A stretch of DNA of 64,000 nt from Candidatus Peregrinibacteria bacterium (GTDB lineage: Bacteria; Patescibacteriota; Gracilibacteria; UBA1369): the NCBI GenBank assembly GCA_963708185.1, contig OY970195.1:1280001-1344000 (forward strand), given 5' to 3'. The notes beneath the pieces were generated by a model. It did not search any database. It was not told the origin of the DNA and saw only the letters and a list, made by a program, of their open reading frames with translations. The translations under genes were made by a program, and so were the position numbers. Numbering within the stretch: position 1 is the stretch's first letter; every line of letters begins with the position of its first letter. Positions 1 to 8,797 of this stretch are shown here, one piece after another.

Positions 1-2
1 AG

Positions 3-581
3 CTTTCCGAAGATGAATTCAGCGGCGACATGAAACTTGTCCTTGAGCTATGCGAGCAGACCAAAAAGATGACCGACGGTTATTTTGATATCGTTACGCC
101 CGGGGGAAAATATGATCCTTCCGGCCTGGTGAAAGGCTGGTCCATCCATAATGCCGCAAAGATTCTTCAGAATAACGGCGTAAAGTCTTTTTTTATCGAC
201 GCGGGCGGCGATATTCAGCCCGCAGGGGTCAACGCCAAGGGGCAGAAATGGAGCGTCGGCATCCGTCATCCTTTTCACCAGGATGAGGTCGTGAAAGTCA
301 TTTACGTCAGCGACGAAGGCGTCGCGACTTCCGGAACGTACATCCGCGGGCAGCATATCTACGACCCTTTTGATAAAAAGCTGGAAATTACCGAGGTCGT
401 CAGTCTGACGGTGGTGGGTCCGAATGTCTATGAAGCCGATCGTTTTGCTACGGCCGCTTTTGCCATGGGGCTCAAAGGCATCCATTTCATTGAAAGGCTG
501 AAAGGTTTTGAAGCCTATATGATCGACAAGAATGGTATTGCCACCATGACCAGTAATTTTATACAGTACACCCGTGCTTAA
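3..581 (+). CDS. apbE: FAD:protein FMN transferase (ApbE family), 5'-truncated by window edge
   Basis: Motifs T-D-G-Y-F-D, DPSGLVKGW, IDAGGDI, W-x-VGIRHP, VATSG, HIYDP and ADxFATA. Frame is open back to position 3. Confidence 0.9.
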   Translation, partial: LSEDEFSGDMKLVLELCEQTKKMTDGYFDIVTPGGKYDPSGLVKGWSIHNAAKILQNNGVKSFFIDAGGDIQPAGVNAKGQKWSVGIRHPFHQDEVVKVIYVSDEGVATSGTYIRGQHIYDPFDKKLEITEVVSLTVVGPNVYEADRFATAAFAMGLKGIHFIERLKGFEAYMIDKNGIATMTSNFIQYTRA

Positions 582-2088
582 TTTTATCGACAACCTGGTC
601 AACGGGATTACGATGTATCGTTTGGTGCTCTACTATTTGATCGGGCTGTGGATCGCGGCGGCGGTGTTTTCCTTGATGGGACTTTTGCCTTTCGGGTTCG
701 TCGATCTTGCCGTCGGTACATCGATCGTTCTCCTCGTGTGTGCCGTTACGAACGCAGTTTTTGCTTATGTGTTCGAGGTTCCGGCGAATGTCGAATCACT
801 TTACATCACCGCGTTGATTCTGGTGATGATCATCACTCCTCAGCCGATGCAGAAGGCGGGATTATCGTTTCTGTTCTGGGCTTCAGTCTGGGCCATGGCA
901 TCGAAATTCATTTTTGCCATCGGGAAAAAACATCTTTTTAACCCTGCGGCGTTCGCCGTGGTCTTGATGTCGTTGACGATCAATCAATACGCCAGCTGGT
1001 GGATCGGAACGCTTGTCATGCTGCCTTTTGTGGTGGTCGGCGGCATTTTGATCACAAGAAAAATCCAGCGATTTGACCTCGTCCTGAGTTTTTTCGCCAT
1101 GGGCATTGTTGCCTCGGTGTTGACCTCCCTGAAGGCCGATCCTCTGGTCATTCTGTGGAAAACCGTGGTCGATTCCCCGTTGCTTTTTCTCGGGTTCGTC
1201 ATGCTGACGGAGCCGCTTACCACACCTCCCACCAGGAGACTGAGACTCGCGTACGGATCGCTCGTGGGTATTTTGTCCCAGCCGGCCGTTCATCTGGCTT
1301 CGTTTTATTTTACACCTGAGATCGCTTTACTTGCGGGCAACATTTTTTCGTATCTGGTCAGTCCCAAGGAAAAATATATGCTCAAACTTCAAGAGAGATT
1401 CCAGTTCGGAAAGGATATTTTTCATTTTGTTTTTGCCCCGAACAAGCCGGCGAAATTCAAGCCAGGGCAGTATCTCGAATGGACGCTCGGACATAAAGAT
1501 CCTGATAACAGAGGCAACCGCCGCTATTTCACCATCGCCTCTTCTCCGACGGAGCAAGGCGTCCAGCTTGGCGTAAAGTTCTATCCAAATTCGAGCACGT
1601 ATAAAAAAGCTCTTTTGGACATGAAGAAAGGCGATATTCTCACGGCATCGCAGCTTGCAGGAGAGTTTACGCTGCCCGAGGACAAGCAGAAAAAACTGGT
1701 GTTCATTGCAGGGGGCATTGGCGTGACGCCTTTCAGGAGCATCATGAAGTACCTTGTGGATACGGAGGATAAACGTTCCATTGTTCTTTTCTACTGTAAC
1801 AAGATTTCTTCGGAAATCGCCTACAAAGACGTATTTGATCAAGCCGAAAAGCAGCTGGGAACCAAAACCGTTTATGTGCTCACCGACAAAACAGCCGTTC
1901 CCAAAGACTGGAATGGTCAGCAGGGGTACATCACTCCCGAGATGATCGCCAAGGAGGTCCCGGACTATATGGAAAGAATGTTTTACATTTCCGGACCGCA
2001 CGCCATGGTCGTTGCTTACGAGAACGTTTTAAAAGAGATGTCGGTTTCGCGCGATCACATCAAGATCGATTTTTTCCCGGGGTTTTAG
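574..2088 (+). CDS. RnfD/NqrB-like membrane domain fused to FNR-type FAD/NAD(P)-binding oxidoreductase
   Basis: About 9-10 TM segments with KHLFNPAA and FVMLTEPLTTP (RnfD/NqrB-like). C-terminal RYFTIASSP, AGGIGVTPF and YISGP (FNR family). Start overlaps the apbE stop. Confidence 0.85.
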   Translation: MLNFIDNLVNGITMYRLVLYYLIGLWIAAAVFSLMGLLPFGFVDLAVGTSIVLLVCAVTNAVFAYVFEVPANVESLYITALILVMIITPQPMQKAGLSFLFWASVWAMASKFIFAIGKKHLFNPAAFAVVLMSLTINQYASWWIGTLVMLPFVVVGGILITRKIQRFDLVLSFFAMGIVASVLTSLKADPLVILWKTVVDSPLLFLGFVMLTEPLTTPPTRRLRLAYGSLVGILSQPAVHLASFYFTPEIALLAGNIFSYLVSPKEKYMLKLQERFQFGKDIFHFVFAPNKPAKFKPGQYLEWTLGHKDPDNRGNRRYFTIASSPTEQGVQLGVKFYPNSSTYKKALLDMKKGDILTASQLAGEFTLPEDKQKKLVFIAGGIGVTPFRSIMKYLVDTEDKRSIVLFYCNKISSEIAYKDVFDQAEKQLGTKTVYVLTDKTAVPKDWNGQQGYITPEMIAKEVPDYMERMFYISGPHAMVVAYENVLKEMSVSRDHIKIDFFPGF

Positions 2089-2178
2089 AAATGTGCTGAG
2101 GGTCCGGGTTTGACTCGGTTTGCAAAGACTATGTAAAGATTCTACAATCCCTTTGTTTACATCCTGAGGTTTTTTGTC

Positions 2179-3312
2179 ATGGCCAAGGCGGAACAGGGAC
2201 ATAACAATTCGCAGACCAAAGCGACGCCGTCGAAGTTCCGTTCGCGCCAGCTGGACATCATCAAAGCATTGGCGATCATTTTCGTGGTGATGTTTCATTT
2301 TTTTCCGGGACAACTCGGCTGGCACATGAAGGTCATGCCACCGGGATGGTTTGAACAGTACTGGAGCCAGTCTTCGGCCAGCATTCTGCACTTTCTGGAT
2401 TCGTATCTGTACCTCGGCGTGAATCTTTTCGTCATCGCTTCCGGGTTCGGTCTGTATCTTTCCCATCTGAAATCCGGCAAGCCCCTGAATTTGAAAGAGT
2501 TTTTCGTCAAGCGCGTCTGGAGACTGATGCCCGCGGCTATTCTGTCGATCATCGTGCTCTTTTTCGTGAAAGGATTTTTTCTGAACCAGTGGTTCACGCA
2601 GGACTGGTATTTGAATATGTTTCCTTTTTTCGGAGGTTTGAACCTTTTTTCGGACAGTTGGTTTTTCCCTCCCATCAACGGAGAAACCTGGTTTTTGGGC
2701 CTTATCGTCCAACTCTATCTGTTCTTTCCTTTGTTGGTATGGATGTATGAACGCATGGGAGAGAAAAAGTTTTTACTGATGCTTTTGCTGGTTTCGGTGG
2801 CATTCCGCGGATTCTACTACGTGTTCTGGAAAGACACCATTTCCAGTCTGAGTTACGGTTTCAGCATCGGACGTCTCTTCGAGTTCGGATTCGGCATGGT
2901 CGTGGCCAGGAAATTCGTTCACGGGCATGCTCTGAACAAATGGTGGATCTTGGGGATGGTTTGCGGACTCGGCTATTTTTGGCCCTGGACTTTCCCGTTC
3001 GCAGATTCGCTCCTAGGCGTGGGGTTTTTCACGCTGCTGTGGTTCGTCGTTCGTACATTTCCGGAGTGGCAAGGTTGGGGAAAAATCGCCGCGCAAAGCT
3101 ATCTGATTTTCTTGCTTCATCACCCTTTCATCTGGATTCTGGAAAACTGGGGATTCCATGAAGAATGGAGTCTCGAAGGGATCGGAGTTTTCGCGCTGTT
3201 CTTTCTTTTCAGTTACGGACTCGCGCTTGCGGCCCAGTGGGTTTTGGATCTCGCGGGCAAGTTGTTTGCCTTGATGAAAAACGGACGCGTTACGGGGCCG
3301 AGACCGGCGTGA
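2179..3312 (+). CDS. Acyltransferase family 3 (OafA/OatA-like membrane O-acyltransferase)
   Basis: LDxxKALAIIFVVxFH, GVNLFVIASGFGL, KRVWRLMP, WFLGLIVQLYLFFP and SYxIFLLH motifs; multiple TM segments. Confidence 0.85.
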   Translation: MAKAEQGHNNSQTKATPSKFRSRQLDIIKALAIIFVVMFHFFPGQLGWHMKVMPPGWFEQYWSQSSASILHFLDSYLYLGVNLFVIASGFGLYLSHLKSGKPLNLKEFFVKRVWRLMPAAILSIIVLFFVKGFFLNQWFTQDWYLNMFPFFGGLNLFSDSWFFPPINGETWFLGLIVQLYLFFPLLVWMYERMGEKKFLLMLLLVSVAFRGFYYVFWKDTISSLSYGFSIGRLFEFGFGMVVARKFVHGHALNKWWILGMVCGLGYFWPWTFPFADSLLGVGFFTLLWFVVRTFPEWQGWGKIAAQSYLIFLLHHPFIWILENWGFHEEWSLEGIGVFALFFLFSYGLALAAQWVLDLAGKLFALMKNGRVTGPRPA

Positions 3313-6163
3313 TGGAACCGGGTATGCCGAGCGACAGGTTTCCGATGTTGGAGGTGTCGGTGTTCATGGCCGTGGTCGAACTGATCGTCACGTCCGTGCT
3401 TGCGGTTCCCACATAACCTGCTTTGTCGAAAACTTTGACGGTAATGGTGTGGTGCGTTCCGTTGGGTTCCCCGTAGGGTAGACGGATAAGTCCTTCGTAC
3501 GGTGCAGTGACGGTTTTGTATTTGAATTCGGGGTTCGCGTCGAGGTAGTACTCCACGCGGTCCACGCCGCTCGGGGCATTGGCGTTGACCTGGACGGGAA
3601 TCTTGCTGCCGGTGACGACGCTGGAGCCGTTTGCCGGACTTATGACGGATACGGTCGGCCTGTTGGCATAGTTCTGTGCGCTGCGGCCCGGGCAGCTTTC
3701 GGTCGGCGGCGGTCCCATAATCAGTGAAGGGTTGTTGGGGTCCGCGGTTCCGCTGTTTTGCAACAGCCAGTCCTGAGCGCCTTTTTCCCATTCCGGGTAC
3801 GGCGCGATATCGTGGAGATTCTCGTAGGTGACTTTCTTGATCATTTCAGGAGGCGTGAATTCGTTGGCGAGTTTGCCGCAGAGCATGTCGGTGTCTACCT
3901 GGACGTAGCTGTCGTCGATCTCCGTCGGAACCGAGAAGCTGGCGAAGATGTCGCTTCCGATCTGATCAGGAGGCGTCAGCGGTCCGGGAAGTTTGCCCGA
4001 AGCTTTGGATATTTGTACTTCTTTAATCCCGTCGGGTACGGGGAAATCTTCTTCGGGCGTTCCGTCGAGAGCCTGGGTCATGAAGGCTTTCCATATCGGG
4101 GCGGCCGTGTTGACCCCGTCCGCCGCGAGGCTGATGGTTCCGTCTTTGGAAGGGTCGTTGTTCCCGGTCCACACTCCCGCAACCAGACGCGTGGTGTAGC
4201 CGATGGTCAAAAGGTCGTTGGGGAAGTAGATTTTTTGGCCGTTCTTGTTGATATAGCCGTTACTGGTTCCGGATTTGGCTGCGTTGATCTGCCCGGGGAT
4301 GGTCATGTTTTCACTGAGACGGACCGACTTGTCGGAAAGAATGCTGGTGATGAGGTAAGCGATCTGGGGATCGAGGACGGGCTGTCCGTCAACGGGCTGC
4401 CATTGTTCAAGGATGTCGCCTTTGCTGTTCTGGATCTTGAGAATGGCGGTGGGTTCCTGGCGTACGCCGGCGTCGGCGAATACACCATAAGCGGAGACGA
4501 GGTCGAGCAATCTCACCGCGCCGCTTCCGATGGCCAAGGTGTAGCTGTAGGAATGGTTCGGGTCGCTCTGCAGTTCCTGGAACTGGATGCCCATGCGCTG
4601 CGCGAGGTCGATGATCGGCTTTTCTCCTCCCGCGAGGAAGTAGGCTTTGATGGCCGGAATGTTTCTGGACTGACCGAGCGCTTTGCGAAGGGTCATCGGC
4701 CCCCAGAATTTTCCGTCGAAGTTTTTCGGGGAATCGCTGCCAAGCTGTATCGGCGCGTCGAAGACCACCGAGCCCGGTCCGTAATCGTTATAAAAGGCCT
4801 GGGCATAGGCGAAAGGTTTGAACGACGAACCTGGCTGGCGGTAGCGCAGGGCCACGTTGACGTTGCCGTCCACCGACGTATCGTTGTAGTCGCGCGAGCC
4901 CACCATGGCCAGAATCTGTCCCGTTTTGGGATCGATGGCCACGAGTGCGGCGTTCTTGTCGTTGTATTTTTTCTCGTTGGAGAGCGCACCGTCCTTGACG
5001 ACATTTTCCGCAATGTCCTGCAGTTTGGGGTCCAGAGTGGTATAGATCTGCAGGCCTCCGTTTTCCACCACGTCCGTCCCGTATTTCTGTTCGAGCTGGT
5101 CGAGTATATAAAAGACGAAGTGCTGGTGTTTGAACGCGTCCTGATACGGTTTGATGAAGTCCGGTTTCTGGATTTCGGCGAGGGCCTGGGTCATCTGGTC
5201 CTGCGTGATGTAGCCGAGACTGAGCATGCGCTTCAGTACGAGGTCGCTGCGCCCCTGGATATATATAGTATTGTTGTCGGTAATCTTTACGTTCGCTCCG
5301 ATGAGTCCGCGCCAGAATTCATTGTCATGGAGGTCCGATTCGCTTTTGATGGTGCGGAAGAGGAGATCATCGGGGGTGAAATCCTTGTTGAGGGTGGAGT
5401 ATTTGTGCGGGCCGTACGGGTTATAGTAGCTCGGCGCCTGCGGGATGCCGGCAAGAGTGGCGCTTTCGGCAAGATCCAGGTCTTTGGCGTGTTTGCCGAA
5501 GTAGATCTGCGCGGCTTTTTCGATACCATACGCCGTATTGCCGTAAGGGATCTTGTTCAAATAGAGTTCGAGGATTTTTTTCTTGTCGAAGGTCTGTTCA
5601 AGCTGCACCGCCAGAATGAGTTCCTTGATTTTGCGGCTGATGGATTTTTCGTCACTGAGGAAGGTGAGTTTGATGTACTGCTGGGTGATGGTTGAGGCTC
5701 CGCGGGTGATTCCCATGTGCAATACGTCGCTGATGCCGGAAGTGACCATGCGGGAAAAGTCGAATCCGGGATGTTCCCAATAGGTATCGTCCTCGATCGC
5801 CACCGTGGCGTCCACGAGGGTCGGCGCGATCTGGTCGTAATTCACGTATTGGCGGTTCTCTTCACCGTGTTTGACGTAAATGACGTTGCCTTCGCGGTCG
5901 TAAATGGTCGTGGATTGCGCAACCGAAAGTTTGTCGAGGTCATGGACGTCAGGCAGGCCGATGCTGAAGTAGGCGATGGAAAGACCGAACGCCAGCACGC
6001 CGAAAAGGATGAGTCCGAAAATGCCCAGTCCGATCCACAGGAGGATCTGCTTGATGTCGGGTTTTTTGTTGAACTTTTTCGGGTTGAAGTGAAACGACCC
6101 CCGATGGGCGTAATTTTGCGGTTTGCCGAATTTTTTCCGGAAGAAATCCTTGATCTTTTGCAT
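3290..6163 (-). CDS. Class A penicillin-binding protein (PBP1A family) with C-terminal Ig-like domain
   Basis: N-terminal TM; transglycosylase motifs EDxxYWEHxG, GASTITQQ, RKIKE, ILELYLN; transpeptidase motifs GSSFK (SxxK), SRN, KSGT; C-terminal P-x-V-x-x-x-S-P...GVDRVEYY...VKVFDKAG Big-like domain. Confidence 0.93.
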   Translation of the reverse strand: MQKIKDFFRKKFGKPQNYAHRGSFHFNPKKFNKKPDIKQILLWIGLGIFGLILFGVLAFGLSIAYFSIGLPDVHDLDKLSVAQSTTIYDREGNVIYVKHGEENRQYVNYDQIAPTLVDATVAIEDDTYWEHPGFDFSRMVTSGISDVLHMGITRGASTITQQYIKLTFLSDEKSISRKIKELILAVQLEQTFDKKKILELYLNKIPYGNTAYGIEKAAQIYFGKHAKDLDLAESATLAGIPQAPSYYNPYGPHKYSTLNKDFTPDDLLFRTIKSESDLHDNEFWRGLIGANVKITDNNTIYIQGRSDLVLKRMLSLGYITQDQMTQALAEIQKPDFIKPYQDAFKHQHFVFYILDQLEQKYGTDVVENGGLQIYTTLDPKLQDIAENVVKDGALSNEKKYNDKNAALVAIDPKTGQILAMVGSRDYNDTSVDGNVNVALRYRQPGSSFKPFAYAQAFYNDYGPGSVVFDAPIQLGSDSPKNFDGKFWGPMTLRKALGQSRNIPAIKAYFLAGGEKPIIDLAQRMGIQFQELQSDPNHSYSYTLAIGSGAVRLLDLVSAYGVFADAGVRQEPTAILKIQNSKGDILEQWQPVDGQPVLDPQIAYLITSILSDKSVRLSENMTIPGQINAAKSGTSNGYINKNGQKIYFPNDLLTIGYTTRLVAGVWTGNNDPSKDGTISLAADGVNTAAPIWKAFMTQALDGTPEEDFPVPDGIKEVQISKASGKLPGPLTPPDQIGSDIFASFSVPTEIDDSYVQVDTDMLCGKLANEFTPPEMIKKVTYENLHDIAPYPEWEKGAQDWLLQNSGTADPNNPSLIMGPPPTESCPGRSAQNYANRPTVSVISPANGSSVVTGSKIPVQVNANAPSGVDRVEYYLDANPEFKYKTVTAPYEGLIRLPYGEPNGTHHTITVKVFDKAGYVGTASTDVTISSTTAMNTDTSNIGNLSLGIPGSITPVSAP

Positions 6164-6320
6164 GTTGGGACTGTTTCACCGAGAGGATGCGTACCTGATG
6201 TTTTTTCGTCGTTTTATCCTTGTTCGTGGTCTGTATGATAACAAAACGGCGATGAATATTCAACCGTAGAGACGGGGAACATGCAAGGGTATTTTCTTAC
6301 ATTTTCAGCCAAACCTTTGG

Positions 6321-6349
6321 TTGTGCATCTCGTTTGAGATTGTTACAAT
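6321..6349 (+). promoter_or_regulatory. Sigma70-type promoter for the NIF3-like gene, with an overlapping inverted repeat
   Basis: TTGTGC-17 nt-TACAAT with an extended TG. Perfect inverted repeat GAGATTGT-T-ACAATCTC at 6336-6352 covers the -10. Confidence 0.45.
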
Positions 6350-6383
6350 CTCCCTGTTCACATTTTTTTACAACATTTTTACC

Positions 6384-7358
6384 ATGATGACGCTCAAGCA
6401 ACTGTATGATAAGTGCCTGGATTTGGCCATCGCGCGTGGTCCGCGTTCGAAAAAAGATATCGATGACCAACTGAAGAGGATCCGTGATGAGTACAAAAAG
6501 CTTGATGAAAAAAAGAAAGAGTATTTTGACGAAGAAAGTCTGACCAACCCGTTCCTGGACAGCCGCATCGAAAACGGTGATCCCAAAACCCAGCTCAAAC
6601 GCATCATGGTGGGCATTGATATCGGCGTGGGGGAAATTTTGATCGCCAATGAGCTCAACAAGGGCGGAAAGAAGATCGACGCCGTGATCGCCCATCATCC
6701 CGAGGGCCGCTCACTCATCGACCTGACGAGAGTCATGGACCTTCAGGAGGACATCGCCATGATGGAGGGTGTTCCCGTGAACGTGGCCGAGAAACTTCTT
6801 CGGGCCAGGATCGGCGATCTCAACAGGGGACTGCATCCTCACAATCATTATCAGGTTCCCAATGCGGCGAAGCTTTTGAACATTCCTTTCGCCTGTTTCC
6901 ACACGTTTGCCGATAATAACGTTTACTGGTTTATCAAGAAGTACATTACCGCCAAAAAACCGAAGTACGTCAGCGACATCATGGAAGCGCTCATGGATCT
7001 TCCTGAGTTTCAGATGGGCAAGAAGCTGGGGAACGGACCGACGATGTTCGTCGGTGACGAAAAAGCCCGCGTCGGCAAGATCTCCTTCTCCGGCTTTACG
7101 GGTGGCACCTCCGGTTCCAAAGACATGTACGAAAAAATGGCCGCCGCGGGCGTCGGGACGATCATGGCGATGCATATTCCCGAAGAGCACCGTAAACTTG
7201 CCGAAAAGTACCACATGAACGTGCTTATCACCGGCCACATGGCCAGCGACAGCATGGGCGTCAACCTGCTCATGGACGAAGCCGAAAAGAAAGGCGTGGA
7301 AATCGTTCCGTGCGGAGGATTCCTGCGCGTGAGCCGTGCCAAGAAAAAGCTGTTCTAG
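6384..7358 (+). CDS. NIF3 (NGG1p-interacting factor 3)-like dinuclear metal protein
   Basis: GIDI, IAHHPEG, HTxADN, MH and GHMASDSxG metal-ligand motifs. ATG at 6384 chosen as start. Confidence 0.8.
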   Translation: MMTLKQLYDKCLDLAIARGPRSKKDIDDQLKRIRDEYKKLDEKKKEYFDEESLTNPFLDSRIENGDPKTQLKRIMVGIDIGVGEILIANELNKGGKKIDAVIAHHPEGRSLIDLTRVMDLQEDIAMMEGVPVNVAEKLLRARIGDLNRGLHPHNHYQVPNAAKLLNIPFACFHTFADNNVYWFIKKYITAKKPKYVSDIMEALMDLPEFQMGKKLGNGPTMFVGDEKARVGKISFSGFTGGTSGSKDMYEKMAAAGVGTIMAMHIPEEHRKLAEKYHMNVLITGHMASDSMGVNLLMDEAEKKGVEIVPCGGFLRVSRAKKKLF

Positions 7359-7945
7359 GCTTTTTTGAGGTCAATGGTTTCGCCGTGGCCGGGGATAATG
7401 ACGTCCGCGATCTCCATGATCTTTTCCGCGCTTTGTTTATAGAGTTCTTTGTCGTAGCACAGCGCGCCGACTTCATGGGTTTCCACGAATTTTTTGTTGA
7501 TGGCGTCTCCGGCCATGACAACTTTTTTCCCGTCGTCGCGCGTCGCCACCACTGAAAGGTGCTCTTCGGCGTGTCCAAGCGTCCTGATGATTTTTACACC
7601 CTTGATGAACTCTTCGGCTTCGATGTCCGCGAAGCGGAAGGTCGACCCTTCTTTCCATTCGTGAATCCAGCCGATGACGTGTGCATAGGGAAAGAAGGAC
7701 ACGTTGTAGGCATGATCCAGATGAAAGTGCGTCAGGACGACATAATCAATATCTTCAGGTTTGAGGTCCAGAGCGGCAAGTTTTTCCTTCAATACCGGAA
7801 ATTTTCCTCTGCCCGCAGTATCCACGAGCATGTTTTTTCCTTCGCTTTGCAACAGGGTCACCGCTGAAGAGTGATCGTAAATATCCACTCCTTCGGGCGT
7901 TTCTTTCATGGCATGGGTTCCTGTAAGGAGCGGGATGACCTTCAT
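7355..7945 (-). CDS. Metallo-beta-lactamase-fold hydrolase
   Basis: LVDTAG, THFHLDH (HxHxDH), TLGH, AGDA and IIPGHG motifs. Confidence 0.88.
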   Translation of the reverse strand: MKVIPLLTGTHAMKETPEGVDIYDHSSAVTLLQSEGKNMLVDTAGRGKFPVLKEKLAALDLKPEDIDYVVLTHFHLDHAYNVSFFPYAHVIGWIHEWKEGSTFRFADIEAEEFIKGVKIIRTLGHAEEHLSVVATRDDGKKVVMAGDAINKKFVETHEVGALCYDKELYKQSAEKIMEIADVIIPGHGETIDLKKA

Positions 7946-7956
7946 GGGTTGAAAAA

Positions 7957-8742
7957 TTATTTGTCTTCTTCGTCGGGGATGGTCTGGCGCCGGGTGGCTT
8001 CGGTGATATGTTCGATCTCGATGTTTCCGGTAAAACCGTAGAGTTGAGCAAGTGCCTGCGCTACGGCGATGACGCGCGGCGTGGGAGTCAGTTTTTTCAG
8101 CGCTTCGTAGAGACGTACATAGACGAGATAGCGGATGCGCTGATCGTTTCCTGCGATTTCCAGGACCGCCCGTTTGAAGATTTCCGTACGGATAATACCA
8201 CTTTCGATGAGGGCTTCGCTATCTCCCAGATCGTATTTGCCCAGTTCCTTTCCTCTCCCGGCAAAAAGTTTCGCCACCACGACGAACTCAGGAGGCATGA
8301 CCTGTACTCTTTCTTCCATGAAGTTTTTTTCGCAGGCTTTGTTCCTGGTATAGGTGTTGAGGCACAGGGTGATTTTTTCGTCCGGTTTTGTTTCATCCGG
8401 AACGATGTTTTGCTCTGCGATGAAGTCCAGGTCGACGCCGTTCAGAGAGAGAGTAGTCATTTTGTCGGACTTGAACAGTTTTTTTTCGCCGAAATATCTG
8501 AATTTTCCTCCAAAAACCCTTTCGATTTTTTCCTTGGCGTCCGGATTCACGAAAAAGTCGAGATCCAGTGAAAGGGGCCGGGTTTCTCCGGCAAAAACCG
8601 CGGCGGCGGTCCCCCCCGTCAGGTAGAGATCTATACGGTGGGCATTGGCCTTGTGGATGGTGTCGGCGAGGGCTTCTTTGAGTAGAAGGTTGTTGGGAGT
8701 CTCCGGGATTTCCGAAGGGCTTCTTTTGGCTTCCGGATTCAT
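7957..8742 (-). CDS. Putative nucleotidyltransferase (AbiEii/DUF1814-like Pol-beta superfamily)
   Basis: L-T-G-G-T-A-A...R-P-L-S-x-D-L-D-F motif, a third Asp in VDLDF, and a later AKL...R..K...D segment. Confidence 0.6.
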   Translation of the reverse strand: MNPEAKRSPSEIPETPNNLLLKEALADTIHKANAHRIDLYLTGGTAAAVFAGETRPLSLDLDFFVNPDAKEKIERVFGGKFRYFGEKKLFKSDKMTTLSLNGVDLDFIAEQNIVPDETKPDEKITLCLNTYTRNKACEKNFMEERVQVMPPEFVVVAKLFAGRGKELGKYDLGDSEALIESGIIRTEIFKRAVLEIAGNDQRIRYLVYVRLYEALKKLTPTPRVIAVAQALAQLYGFTGNIEIEHITEATRRQTIPDEEDK

Positions 8743-8763
8743 AGGTTTATCAAAAACAAGATG

Positions 8764-8793
8764 CTATTTTAGCATCTATCCTTTTAGTGTCAA
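8764..8793 (-). promoter_or_regulatory. Sigma70-type promoter for the nucleotidyltransferase gene
   Basis: Minus strand reads TTGACA-16 nt-TAAAAT with a TG extension. Confidence 0.45.
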
Positions 8794-8797
8794 TATT

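Noticed and set aside
3758-5695. 645-aa + strand ORF and the many other long antisense ORFs in the track
   Set aside because: They are shadows opposite well-supported genes (PBP1A, pheT, GT2, giant gene), expected from codon bias, with no recognisable motifs.
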